Source: Clostridia bacterium (lineage in GTDB: Bacteria > Bacillota > Clostridia > Christensenellales > Aristaeellaceae). From it: a DNA stretch of 64,000 nucleotides. A program made the translations under genes and the position numbers. Below the pieces are notes generated by a model. It worked only from the letters and a program-made list of their open reading frames with translations, made no database searches and was not told the origin of the DNA. Location: the NCBI GenBank assembly GCA_017473345.1, contig JAFULL010000042.1:1159-65158 (forward strand), in the 5' to 3' direction. Below are positions 26,085 to 35,611 of this stretch, piece after piece (positions within the stretch are counted from its first letter, which is position 1; the number at the start of each line of letters is the position of its first letter).

Positions 26085-27005
26085 TCAATGCAGGCTGATG
26101 TTGGTTTCCACGGTGAAGCTTTCGCCGCAGTCCAGCGCGCGGAAGCCGCTTTCTTCGGTCTTGTACGACTGGTTGGGCGCGTCCACGATCCAGCTTTGAG
26201 GCTCGGGACAGATGAAGCCCTTGTCGCCGCCGGCATTCCAGAGCATCCAGTAGCGCAGACCGTCAGAAACGTCATACTGCACGGTACGTCCGCTGGGCAG
26301 ATGAATGAGCTGCGCGCCGCCATTGCCGCGCACCATATGGCGCGAAACAGCTTCGCCCTGCAGCTGGAAGCCTTCGCCGCCCAGCTGCTTCAGCAGGGGC
26401 GTGTTCTGCAGGCGCTCGCCGGTGGGGATGATGGTTTCCGGATGATAGGTGATTTCCTCGACGGCGGACAGCTTCAGCCGGTAATGGGTCGGATCCTGAT
26501 CGCCGTGCACAAAGTAGGCGTTAAAAGCCGTGTGGAAGCCAACGCCTGTGGGCATGCGGCCTTCGCCGTCATTGCTCACAGTCAGGGTGTGGTGCAGTCC
26601 CTTCTGGGAAAGGTCCCATTTACTCAGCACGGTAAAAGCATGGGGGAAGTCCAGATAGGGCTTGTCCGCATTTGCCTGATAGCGGAGCGTGACGGAGGAT
26701 TCGGTTTCTTCCACAACGTCAAACTTCGTTTCACTCAGAATGCCGTGGATGTGATGCCCGCGTGCGGGCTCGTTGATAGGGAAACGGTAGGTGCGGCCGT
26801 CAAAGGTATACACGCCGCCGTTGATGCGGTTTGGCGGGAACAGGAACGGGACGCCATATACATTCGCCGCCTTGTGAAGCACCTCGGGGGATTCAGGTGT
26901 GCGGAGAATATCGCAGCCGTCGATGATGAGAGAGATGCAGTTGCCGCCCATATCCGGGCAGATGGTTGCAGAGGAGTCTCCAAAACGAAGCTTGATGAAA
27001 TGCAT
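26085..27005 (-). CDS. Aldose 1-epimerase family protein
   Basis: 306 aa. Pattern ..VYGVPFLFPPNRINGG..F.INEPARGHHIHG.. is typical of the mutarotase-like superfamily. Confidence 0.75.
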   Translation of the reverse strand: MHFIKLRFGDSSATICPDMGGNCISLIIDGCDILRTPESPEVLHKAANVYGVPFLFPPNRINGGVYTFDGRTYRFPINEPARGHHIHGILSETKFDVVEETESSVTLRYQANADKPYLDFPHAFTVLSKWDLSQKGLHHTLTVSNDGEGRMPTGVGFHTAFNAYFVHGDQDPTHYRLKLSAVEEITYHPETIIPTGERLQNTPLLKQLGGEGFQLQGEAVSRHMVRGNGGAQLIHLPSGRTVQYDVSDGLRYWMLWNAGGDKGFICPEPQSWIVDAPNQSYKTEESGFRALDCGESFTVETNISLH

Positions 27006-27006
27006 G

Positions 27007-27615
27007 TCAGTCCTCCTTTTTGCTCAGTCGGTTGAGGAAAGGCAGGATCATCCCGCCCAGTGCATTGCCAATGATAACCACCCAGATGAAGAAAAATGCG
27101 CGAATATCCACAATGCCGGACACGGCAAAGTAACCCATATCCGCAATGGAATGCTCAAAACCGCTCAGAATGAATGCCGGAACACACAGGAAAATACCGG
27201 CGATGGACTGCTTTTCACGGTAAACGCTCACAGCCAGATACATCAGGATGCCGCAGAAGAAACCGCGGATGAGCGCCTGACCAAACGGCTGCTGCAGCTT
27301 GGCTGTGCAGATGGTCACAGCGCGCTGGCTCAGGTTGGGCAGCCCCAGCCGCACCAGCGTACCAAACAGCCACATGGCGATCAAGTTGCCCAGAAGCGCA
27401 GTCAGTACGACCGTCCAGTCAGCTTTTTTGGCGCTTTCAGCAAGGTAACCCACCTTGCCGGTAAACAGTGAAAAGCCCTTGTAGCAGATGCACAGCAGCG
27501 CAACCGAAAAGAGTACTGCGCCAACATACACATTTTCACAGGCTAGATAAACGCTGCAGCCAAGGGTGATGAGGAGCCCTGCCATTACGCCGCTGAGAGT
27601 ATGTTTCCAAAACAT
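27007..27615 (-). CDS. Formate/nitrite transporter (FNT) family protein, short form
   Basis: SGFEHSIADM and IGNALGGM motifs with hydrophobic segments. Only 202 aa. Its last codons carry the RBS of the epimerase gene. Confidence 0.7.
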   Translation of the reverse strand: MFWKHTLSGVMAGLLITLGCSVYLACENVYVGAVLFSVALLCICYKGFSLFTGKVGYLAESAKKADWTVVLTALLGNLIAMWLFGTLVRLGLPNLSQRAVTICTAKLQQPFGQALIRGFFCGILMYLAVSVYREKQSIAGIFLCVPAFILSGFEHSIADMGYFAVSGIVDIRAFFFIWVVIIGNALGGMILPFLNRLSKKED

Positions 27616-27684
27616 TCGTATCGTTTTCCTTTCGTGCTGAAACCCAGCTGGATAGTATGATGATAGGGCTTCTCAGGTGTTCTG

Positions 27685-28527
27685 TCAAGCCGGGACGCAG
27701 GCTTCCCACAGTTTTTCGCCGCTGCCAAGGCGCATCACGTGGTCAAAACCTGCCTTGCGGATCAGCGCAAGCGTCTCGTCAAAGGCATAGGTGAGCAGAT
27801 TGAAATCGTGGCAGTCGGAGCTGAGAGTCACTTCGCCGCCCATCTCGCGCCATGCGCACAGCAGTTCAAAGGTGGGGTAGGGGGTCGAAAGGTATCCGCG
27901 CCCCATGCCGCCGGTGTTGACCTCCAGAATGCTTCCGCAGGGAAAGGCACGTTCCAGCGCATCCAGTGCGATTTTGCGATAGGCAGGATCGTTCTCGTCA
28001 AACAGGCCGGCGATCGCTGCGTTTTTGCGGATCAGGTCAAAATGGCCGATGACGTCCGGACGGTAGTGCAGAAGGAAATCGGTTTCCACCTGATAGTATT
28101 CCTTCGCCATGGCCAGTCCATCACCGGCAAAGTGCTTTTCCATATGCTCCTTCAGCAATTGTGCGGGACCGTCGACCGCCACATACTCACCTTCCGGCGT
28201 TGGCAGCACATAGTGGGTGGAGCCAAGCACATAGTCGGCACTGGCGATGGACTGTTTCAGCTGCTCTTCACCTGCCAGCGCGTCCAGCTCCAGACCTGCC
28301 CAAATGCGAAGCCTGCCCTGCTCCTGCTGAATGGAACGAAGTTCATGAAAATAGGCGGACTGGGCAGCAGGGGACATGGAATAGCCGGTTTCAAAATGCA
28401 TCATGCCGTGACCGGAAAAACCAAGGCTGACAAAGCCCAGGTTTTCAGCAGCGTGGATCATTTCGCGCAGGGGATTTTTGCCGTCACAGTAGGTGGAATG
28501 GGTGTGGCAGTTGCTGAGAAAAGGCAT
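27685..28527 (-). CDS. Histidinol-phosphatase HisJ family (PHP domain)
   Basis: N-terminal CHTHSTYCDGK metal-binding motif and PHP-type His clusters. 280 aa. Confidence 0.75.
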   Translation of the reverse strand: MPFLSNCHTHSTYCDGKNPLREMIHAAENLGFVSLGFSGHGMMHFETGYSMSPAAQSAYFHELRSIQQEQGRLRIWAGLELDALAGEEQLKQSIASADYVLGSTHYVLPTPEGEYVAVDGPAQLLKEHMEKHFAGDGLAMAKEYYQVETDFLLHYRPDVIGHFDLIRKNAAIAGLFDENDPAYRKIALDALERAFPCGSILEVNTGGMGRGYLSTPYPTFELLCAWREMGGEVTLSSDCHDFNLLTYAFDETLALIRKAGFDHVMRLGSGEKLWEACVPA

Positions 28528-28615
28528 GTTGCGGAACTCCTTTGTAACATGTGAGGAGCGGCCCGGGTGGGCCGCTCCGTGTTTAAACTATACTGTTATG
28601 GTACGACCCGGCGAA

Positions 28616-29167
28616 TCAGGCTTCCGGCTCCATCAGGCCCAGGTTGCCATCCTTGCGCAGATACAGCACATTGGTCTGATCGGTCTCGACGTTGACGAAT
28701 ACGAAGAAGCTGTGGCCGAGCAGTTCCATCTGCAAAATGGCGTCCTCCACGCTCATGGGGCGCACGGGGAAGGTCTTGTTGCGCACGATCTTGCGGGCGC
28801 TTTCTTCCTTTTCCAGCTCAGCGGCGGCCTCGGCATCATACTCAAGCTCGGCAGGATTGAAGGCGTCCTCACGCAGACGCTTGTCCAGCTTGGTGCGATG
28901 CTTGTGGATCTGGCGTTCCAGCTTGGCCAGCGCCTGGTCGATGCTGACGTAGAGGTTGTCGTCGTTGCTGGCTTCAGCACGCAGGGTGACGCCGCCGACG
29001 GGAACGGTGATTTCGCAGGTGCGGCGGTTATTCTTTTCCTTGGTGAGCCTGATAAAGACCTCGGCATTGGGGTTGAGGTAGCGGCCCATCTTGGAGATTT
29101 TCTTCATAACGCGGTCGTTGATGCCGGGAGTGATAACCATATTTTTCGCAGTAAGGGTCGTCTTCAT
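28616..29167 (-). CDS. hpf: Ribosome hibernation-promoting factor, long form
   Basis: S30AE/HPF N-domain (..ITPGINDRVMKKISKMGRYL..AKLERQIHKHRTK) plus C-terminal dimerisation domain (MSVEDAILQMELLGHSFFVFVN). Confidence 0.9.
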   Translation of the reverse strand: MKTTLTAKNMVITPGINDRVMKKISKMGRYLNPNAEVFIRLTKEKNNRRTCEITVPVGGVTLRAEASNDDNLYVSIDQALAKLERQIHKHRTKLDKRLREDAFNPAELEYDAEAAAELEKEESARKIVRNKTFPVRPMSVEDAILQMELLGHSFFVFVNVETDQTNVLYLRKDGNLGLMEPEA

Positions 29168-29397
29168 ACGTTTGCTCCTTTTTTGTCTATTTCAGCCTCT
29201 TGAAAGGGATTGCAAAAAAGTGTGCGGGTATCATTGGAACCACGCTCCCTTCTGTTGGTATTTTGGGCATTCCCGCCCAAGGCTGTTTGATTCTTTTCAC
29301 TCTTCACTCTTTGTGTTTGCAATATTCGACGCAGCGAGGGTGGATTCCTCCTTCGCATATGTGAAGAATCTATGAATCATGCACAGGGCGGCATACA

Positions 29398-29426
29398 TTG
29401 ACTTTCAACGCATTCTGAAGTATTAT
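29398..29426 (+). promoter_or_regulatory. Promoter of the nucleotide-sugar operon
   Basis: TTGACT, 17 nt, TATTAT. Confidence 0.5.
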
Positions 29427-29496
29427 ATGAAGTTGGGGGAGTGTTGTTTTACACCTTCCTGTTATACCCAACATATGTACAGGGGGAATGACGAAC

Positions 29497-30804
29497 ATGT
29501 CTCAGCTTAAACAGAAGATCCTTGATCGCACCGTTACGCTCGGCGTTGTGGGCCTGGGTTATGTGGGCCTGCCGCTGGCTGTGGAAAAGGCAAAGGCCGG
29601 TTTTAAGGTCATTGGCTTTGACGTGCAGAGCCAGAAGGTGGATATGGTCAATCAGGGTCATAACTATATTGGCGACGTGGTAGACAGCGATCTGGAAAAG
29701 ATCGTGCGCGAAGGCTACCTGCGTGCGACCACGGACTTTGCCTCCGTGGCCAGCTGCGACTGTGTGTGCATCGCCGTGCCTACGCCGCTGGATGCGCATC
29801 AGCAGCCGGACATCAGCTATGTTCGTTCCTCTACTGAAAGTATTATGCCCCATATGCACAAGGATATGCTCATTGTGCTGGAGTCCACCACCTATCCCGG
29901 CACGACCGAGGAACTGCTCAAGCCCATCCTGGAAAAGAGTGGGCTTAAGTGCGGCGTGGACTTTTATCTGGCGTTCTCGCCCGAACGCGTCGATCCCGGC
30001 AACCTGATCTACAAGACCAAAAACACCCCCAAGGTCGTCGGCGGCTGTACGCCTGAGTGCACCGATATCGCCGCTACCCTGTACGAGGCGGTGCTGGAGG
30101 CGCCGGTGCACCGCGTCAGCAGCCCCGCTGTTGCCGAGATGGAAAAGATCCTCGAAAACACCTACCGCAACGTAAACATCGGTCTGGTCAATGAACTGGC
30201 CATTCTGTGCAACCGCATGGGCATCAACATCTGGGAGGTCATCGAGGCAGCCAAATCGAAGCCTTACGGCTTCCAGGCCTTCTATCCCGGCCCCGGTCTG
30301 GGTGGTCACTGCATCCCGCTGGATCCCTATTACCTGAGCTGGAAGGCCCGCGAATATGGTTTCCATACCTCGATGATCGAAAGCAGCATGATGGTCAACG
30401 ACCGCATGCCGGAATACTGCTGCGACCGCGCCATGGAAGCCCTCAACGAAAACAAAAAGGCCATGAACGGCGCAAAGATCCTGGTGCTGGGCGTGGCTTA
30501 CAAGCAGGATATCGACGATTACCGCGAGTCGCCCGCCATCCGCGTGATCGAAGCGCTCAAAAAGCGCGGTGCGGAAGTCAGCTTCTATGATCCCTTCGTG
30601 GCAGAATACCGCGAAAACGGTGTTGTGGAAAAGGGTCTTGAGGCACTGACGGAAGAGGTTCTCAAACAGGCTGATCTGGTCATGGTGACCACCGCTCATA
30701 CCACGGTGGATTATGACTTTGTGGCCGAGCATGCCGGGCTGATCTTCGATACCAAGAATGCCATGAAGAACGTAACCAAACGCGAAAATATCCGCGTGCT
30801 GTAA
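29497..30804 (+). CDS. Nucleotide-sugar dehydrogenase (UDP-GlcNAc/UDP-ManNAc 6-dehydrogenase, WbpA/WecC-like)
   Basis: Rossmann loop VVGLGYVGLPLA and catalytic Cys motif GGHCIPLDP. Second in-frame ATG chosen on RBS spacing. Confidence 0.8.
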   Translation: MSQLKQKILDRTVTLGVVGLGYVGLPLAVEKAKAGFKVIGFDVQSQKVDMVNQGHNYIGDVVDSDLEKIVREGYLRATTDFASVASCDCVCIAVPTPLDAHQQPDISYVRSSTESIMPHMHKDMLIVLESTTYPGTTEELLKPILEKSGLKCGVDFYLAFSPERVDPGNLIYKTKNTPKVVGGCTPECTDIAATLYEAVLEAPVHRVSSPAVAEMEKILENTYRNVNIGLVNELAILCNRMGINIWEVIEAAKSKPYGFQAFYPGPGLGGHCIPLDPYYLSWKAREYGFHTSMIESSMMVNDRMPEYCCDRAMEALNENKKAMNGAKILVLGVAYKQDIDDYRESPAIRVIEALKKRGAEVSFYDPFVAEYRENGVVEKGLEALTEEVLKQADLVMVTTAHTTVDYDFVAEHAGLIFDTKNAMKNVTKRENIRVL

Positions 30805-30822
30805 GAAAGAGGTTTCACCTGC

Positions 30823-31923
30823 ATGAGTGATAAGCTGCGCTATGCCCTCATCGGCTGCGGCCGCATTGCCCCCAACCATATTGCTGCATTTATGAATAAT
30901 GCGGATTCACTGCAGCTGTGCGCCGTGTGCGATCCTGATATCGAGCGCATGGAGATCGTGCTGGCTGCTTTGCCGCAGGAGCAGCGCGAAAGCGTGCGTC
31001 GCTATACGGATTACCGCGAGCTGCTTGCCAAAGAGCAGCCCCAGCTTTGCGCTGTTGCCACTGAAAGCGGCAAGCATGCAGCCATCGCGCTGGATGTGAT
31101 CGCCTCCGGTAGCCATGTCATCATCGAAAAGCCCATCGCGCTGTCCCTTACGGATGCGCGCGCGCTGATCGAAGCGGCAAAGCAGCACAACGTAAAGCTC
31201 TGCGCCTGCCACCAGAACCGCTTCAACAAGTCCATCCGGAAGATTCGTTCTGCGGTGGAAGAGCAGCGCTTTGGACGCATGCTGCACGGCGCGGCGCACA
31301 TCCGCTGGAACCGTGGCCCCGGCTACTACGAACAGGCTCGCTGGCGCGGCACCTGGGCGCAGGACGGCGGTGCGCTGATGAACCAGTGCATTCACAACAT
31401 CGACCTGCTGCGCTGGATGATGGGCGACGAAGTGACCGAGGTCATGGCCTACACCGACAATCTGCAGCATGATTACATTCAGGCGGAGGATCTGGGCATG
31501 GCGCTGGTGCGCTTTGCAAACGGCGCCTACGGTATCATCGAAGGCACCACGAACATCTATCCGCACAATCTGGAAGAAACGCTGTATCTGTTCGGTGAGC
31601 GCGGCACGGTGAAGGCTGGCGGCAAGAGCGTCAACATCATTGAAGAGTGGTCGTTTGGCGACGATTGCGACGATCCCGCTGTGGTCAAACAGCACTATGG
31701 CGAAAATCCGCCCAATGTATACGGCTATGGACATACGCCGCTGTATGCCGACGTGATCGACGCTATTCGCAATGACCGGCAGCCCTATGTGGACGGCTAT
31801 GCCGGTATGCGCGCGCTGGAACTGGTGCTGGCCATTTACAAATCCGCAGCAGAACATCGTCCGGTGCAGCTGCCGCTGGCAGACTGCGCCACGACCGATT
31901 TTGAAGGACGGTTTGACCGATGA
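30823..31923 (+). CDS. Gfo/Idh/MocA oxidoreductase (WbpB-like UDP-GlcNAcA 3-dehydrogenase)
   Basis: N-terminal IGCGRIA Rossmann loop and IIEKP motif. 366 aa. The gene context is WbpA/D/E-like. Confidence 0.7.
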   Translation: MSDKLRYALIGCGRIAPNHIAAFMNNADSLQLCAVCDPDIERMEIVLAALPQEQRESVRRYTDYRELLAKEQPQLCAVATESGKHAAIALDVIASGSHVIIEKPIALSLTDARALIEAAKQHNVKLCACHQNRFNKSIRKIRSAVEEQRFGRMLHGAAHIRWNRGPGYYEQARWRGTWAQDGGALMNQCIHNIDLLRWMMGDEVTEVMAYTDNLQHDYIQAEDLGMALVRFANGAYGIIEGTTNIYPHNLEETLYLFGERGTVKAGGKSVNIIEEWSFGDDCDDPAVVKQHYGENPPNVYGYGHTPLYADVIDAIRNDRQPYVDGYAGMRALELVLAIYKSAAEHRPVQLPLADCATTDFEGRFDR

Positions 31924-32489
31924 GTGTATACATTCATCCCACCGCCGTGGTGGACGAGGGCGCGCAGCTGGGCGAAGGCACCAAGGTATGGCATTTCACC
32001 CATGTGGAGGGCACGGCGCAGATCGGCGAGGGCTGTTCCATTGGCCAGAACTCCTATGTGGGCAGCCGTACGATTATCGGCGACCGCTGCAAGCTGCAGA
32101 ACAATGTAAGCATCTATGAGGGCGTTACGCTGGGCAATGGCGTTTTCTGCGGCCCCAGCTGCGTATTCACCAACGACCTGACGCCGCGTGCACTGTATCC
32201 CAAGGGACATGAAAACTTCGTGCCCACTGTTGTGGAGGATGAAGCGTCCATCGGCGCAAACGCGACCATCGTGTGCGGACACCGCATCGGCCGCTGTGCC
32301 ATGATCGGCGCGGGCGCGGTGGTGACCAGAGACGTGCCTGCGCATGCGCTGATGCTGGGCGTGCCGGCAGAGGTGCGCGGCCATGTATGCACCTGCGGCG
32401 AACTGCTGCATGGTAAGATGATTTGCTCAAAATGCGGCCGTCAGTTTGAACAGGACGGCGAAGGACTGCGGGAAGTCGGCAGCGTGTGA
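31920..32489 (+). CDS. Hexapeptide-repeat acetyltransferase (WbpD/WlbB-like) with C-terminal Cys4 ribbon
   Basis: Left-handed beta-helix repeats (IGEGCSIGQNSYVG..IGDRCKLQNNVSI). The C-terminus carries CTCG..x10..CSKCG. ATGA overlap with the upstream gene. Confidence 0.7.
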   Translation: MSVYIHPTAVVDEGAQLGEGTKVWHFTHVEGTAQIGEGCSIGQNSYVGSRTIIGDRCKLQNNVSIYEGVTLGNGVFCGPSCVFTNDLTPRALYPKGHENFVPTVVEDEASIGANATIVCGHRIGRCAMIGAGAVVTRDVPAHALMLGVPAEVRGHVCTCGELLHGKMICSKCGRQFEQDGEGLREVGSV

Positions 32490-32519
32490 AGCCGGCTTCT
32501 GCTGTTTGGGGAGGTACAT

Positions 32520-33656
32520 ATGCAGTTTCATGATCTGGCTGCGCAGTATCAGGCGCTGAAGGCGGAAATCGACTCCGGTATGGCGGAAGTTCTGGCAAAG
32601 GGACAGTTTATCCTTGGGCCGCAGGTGGCCGAGTTGGAGGAAAAGCTGGCGCAGGATGTGGGCCGCAAATATTGCGTGTCCTGTGCCAATGGCACCGATG
32701 CATTGGTTTTGACGCTGATGCTCTGGGGCGTTGGCCCGGGTGATGCGGTTTTCGTACCGGATTTCACCTACTTTGCCACGGCCGGCTGTGCAAGCACCGT
32801 GGGTGCGGAGGTGATTCCCGTCGATATCCGCACCGATACCTTCAACATCTGCCCCGACGCGCTGGAAGCGATGATCGAACAGGTGGAAAAGGAAGGCAAA
32901 TACCGTCCCCGCGTTGTGATCCCGGTAGATCTGTTCGGTCAGCCTGCGGAATATGAACGCATTGAGGCGATCGCAAAGAAGCACGGCATGCTGGTGCTGG
33001 AGGATGGCGCACAGGGCTACGGCGGACAGATCGGCACAAAGAATGCCTGCGCATTCGGCGATGCGGCGACGACGTCGTTCTTCCCGGCAAAGCCTCTGGG
33101 CTGCTACGGCGACGGCGGTGCGATCTTCGTGGATCACGCTGATGAGGATGCGCTGCTGCGCTCTCTGCGCGCTAATGGGCGCGGCGTGGAGGACAAGTAT
33201 GACAATCAGCGCATCGGCATGAATTCCCGCCTGGATACGCTGCAGGCAGCCATTTTGCTGCCCAAGCTGCGTGCGCTGCGCGAATATGAGATCGCCGCGC
33301 TCAACGCATCGGCGGACAAGTATACGCAGGCGCTTTCCGGCGTTGTTCAGACGCCCACAGTGCTTTCTGGTTATGTGAGCAGCTGGGCGCAGTACAGCGT
33401 GCTGCTTGAGGATCGTCAGCAGCGCGACCGTGTGCAGCAGGAACTGAAAGCGCAGGGAATCCCGACGATGGTGTATTATCCGCGCGGCATCCACCAGCAG
33501 ACGGCCTATGCGCACAGGCATTTCCCGGATGAATGGTATCAGGGGACGCTGGCAGCCTGCAGCCGTGTGCTGGCGCTGCCCATGCATCCTTACCTGACGG
33601 ATGAGGACATCAGCCGTGTGAGCGAGGCTCTCAAACAGGCCGTACAAAAGGCATAA
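32520..33656 (+). CDS. DegT/DnrJ/EryC1/StrS family aminotransferase (WbpE-like)
   Basis: 378 aa. The PLP-lysine region TSFFPAKPLG is typical of the sugar aminotransferase family. Confidence 0.8.
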   Translation: MQFHDLAAQYQALKAEIDSGMAEVLAKGQFILGPQVAELEEKLAQDVGRKYCVSCANGTDALVLTLMLWGVGPGDAVFVPDFTYFATAGCASTVGAEVIPVDIRTDTFNICPDALEAMIEQVEKEGKYRPRVVIPVDLFGQPAEYERIEAIAKKHGMLVLEDGAQGYGGQIGTKNACAFGDAATTSFFPAKPLGCYGDGGAIFVDHADEDALLRSLRANGRGVEDKYDNQRIGMNSRLDTLQAAILLPKLRALREYEIAALNASADKYTQALSGVVQTPTVLSGYVSSWAQYSVLLEDRQQRDRVQQELKAQGIPTMVYYPRGIHQQTAYAHRHFPDEWYQGTLAACSRVLALPMHPYLTDEDISRVSEALKQAVQKA

Positions 33657-33663
33657 ACCATTT

Positions 33664-33686
33664 CGGGCGCGGAAACGCGCCCGTTT
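33664..33686 (+). terminator. Short GC hairpin terminator
   Basis: cgggcgcg / cgcgcccg with loop gaaa, followed by TTTG. Confidence 0.55.
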
Positions 33687-33716
33687 GCCGTTGCTGCATG
33701 AAAGGGGAGAAGAAGA

Positions 33717-34211
33717 TTGAGGGAGATTCGTACGCTGAACGCAGAGGATGCTTTTCATGCGGTTGCGCAGATTTATGTGCGGAGCTGGCAGCACAGTTAT
33801 CGCGGAATGCTGCCTCAGCTTTTCCTGGACAGGCTGACGGACGAACGCTGGCTGGCCACCCTGCGTGCAAGGCCGGAACGGTCTATCTGCCTTTTCGAAG
33901 ATGGCAAAATGCTTGGAACGGTTATGACGGACTTTTGCCGCGAAAAAGGACAGGAAGGATGGGGCGAGATCGTCAGCCTGTATCTGCTGCCTGAAGCAAT
34001 AGGGTTTGGTCATGGGCGATTGCTGACGGAAGCTGCCATGGACGCTCTGCGCGCTGAAGGCTGTGAGCAGGCGTGTCTGTGGGTGTTCCGGGCCAATGAA
34101 TATGCGGCGGAATTTTATCGCCATCTGGGATTTGCACACACCGGGCGAAGCCAAACCGAAATGTATGGCGGCGAACCGATTGAACTGATTGAAATGGCAC
34201 GTGTACTGTAA
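33717..34211 (+). CDS. GNAT family N-acetyltransferase
   Basis: 164 aa. Acetyl-CoA loop LLPEAIGFGHGRLL. TTG start as in the track. Confidence 0.7.
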   Translation: MREIRTLNAEDAFHAVAQIYVRSWQHSYRGMLPQLFLDRLTDERWLATLRARPERSICLFEDGKMLGTVMTDFCREKGQEGWGEIVSLYLLPEAIGFGHGRLLTEAAMDALRAEGCEQACLWVFRANEYAAEFYRHLGFAHTGRSQTEMYGGEPIELIEMARVL

Positions 34212-34282
34212 ACAGGTACTGGCGTGTCTTTCCTAAATATGGTATGATACAAACAGATGAAATCATCAGGGAGGCGCTTGAG

Positions 34283-35464
34283 ATGCTTCGACGTGTTGTT
34301 TCGCTTTTGTGCGCGCTGGTGCTGTGCATGTCCATCCTGCCGCAGGCGCAGGCAGCCGCTGCCAAAACGCTTACGGTTTCTTTTCAGGTAACCACCTACC
34401 AGAACCGTGCAAGAACGCTGCTCAAACAGATCAACACCCTTCGTAAGGCAAACGGCGTGGGAGAACTGACCATGCTGGCGGATCTTGAAAAAGTGGCTAT
34501 CCAGCGCGCGGCAGAGCTGTTTGTGTTTTTTGATCATGACCGTCCTGATCTGAAGGGGTTTGATACGGCTTATACTGAATACAAAAGCCTGAAGGACTGC
34601 CAGGCGGTGTCGGAATGCATTGCCGCAGGCTATCCCAAGGCGGAGGAAGTGTTTGACGACTGGCAGGATTCAGCGGAAGACAGCCTGCTGGACGGCGATT
34701 TCACGCATGCGGGTCTTGCCTGTGTGTTCATGGAGGACAGCGCCAACGAATATTACTGGGCGCTGTACCTGATGCAGATGCCCGAAGACACCAGCGCCAA
34801 AAAGGCCGAAAGCACCGCCAAGGCCGGCACTGCCAAAAACATGAAGGTAGAAATTGCCAAAGGCATGTACGAGCGTGCTGACAACAGCCACAAGCGCTTT
34901 GAATTGCGTGTAAGCGACCTGAACCTGAAAACCAAGACCTCTGCACAGCCAACTGTTTATCTCTATGACCGCAACGACGTGAAAATCGGCAAGTGCGAAC
35001 TGGAGGACTTGACCTTCAAGAGCAGCAACACGGCTGTGTTTACCGTCAATGCAGATGGTACGGTGAAGAAAAAGAAGAACGGCACCGGTACCCTTACCGT
35101 GCGTTCTTCCGGTCTGGAGGACGCCACTTGCACTGTGACCATCGGCACCACGGCAGCCAGCGGCACCGTAACAGCGGACACCATCGGCGATGCAAAGCCG
35201 GAACTAAAGGCGGAGGAATACAGCAAGCACACCAATCTGTCAGTGTACCTCAAGGGCGCTTCCGGTTACGTGCTCTACCGTGCAACCAGCAAAACCGGTA
35301 CTTACACCAAGGTTGAAGAGAAAGCCACCACCCAGAAGTGGACCCTCAAGCTGGAGCATGAAGATATTACCCGCACGTATTATTACAAGGTGCGCGCTTA
35401 CAAAAATGCCAACGGAAAACGCGTGTACAGCGAATACAGCGAGCCTGTGAAGGTGGCTCCGTAA
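34283..35464 (+). CDS. Secreted CAP/SCP-domain protein with Ig-like (Big_2-type) and FN3-like C-terminal modules
   Basis: Signal peptide MLRRVVSLLCALVLCMSILPQAQA|A. CAP-like region (..INTLRKANGVGELTMLADLEKVAIQRAAE..). Start chosen at the Met with GGGAGG 9 nt upstream. Confidence 0.6.
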   Translation: MLRRVVSLLCALVLCMSILPQAQAAAAKTLTVSFQVTTYQNRARTLLKQINTLRKANGVGELTMLADLEKVAIQRAAELFVFFDHDRPDLKGFDTAYTEYKSLKDCQAVSECIAAGYPKAEEVFDDWQDSAEDSLLDGDFTHAGLACVFMEDSANEYYWALYLMQMPEDTSAKKAESTAKAGTAKNMKVEIAKGMYERADNSHKRFELRVSDLNLKTKTSAQPTVYLYDRNDVKIGKCELEDLTFKSSNTAVFTVNADGTVKKKKNGTGTLTVRSSGLEDATCTVTIGTTAASGTVTADTIGDAKPELKAEEYSKHTNLSVYLKGASGYVLYRATSKTGTYTKVEEKATTQKWTLKLEHEDITRTYYYKVRAYKNANGKRVYSEYSEPVKVAP

Positions 35465-35468
35465 CGCG

Positions 35469-35501
35469 AAAAAAGTCCCCCAGCCCACCCGGGGACTTTT
35501 T
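35469..35501 (+). terminator. Rho-independent terminator
   Basis: aaaaagtcccc / ggggacttttt with an 11-nt loop. Confidence 0.75.
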
Positions 35502-35611
35502 CCTTCTCAAAAATTTTGGGAAATGGTTTGCAAACATTACGCAATCAGGTATAATAAACAGACATGCTGTGCGTTTTTTTGGCACGCGATTTTCTTTATG
35601 GAGGATGCAGA

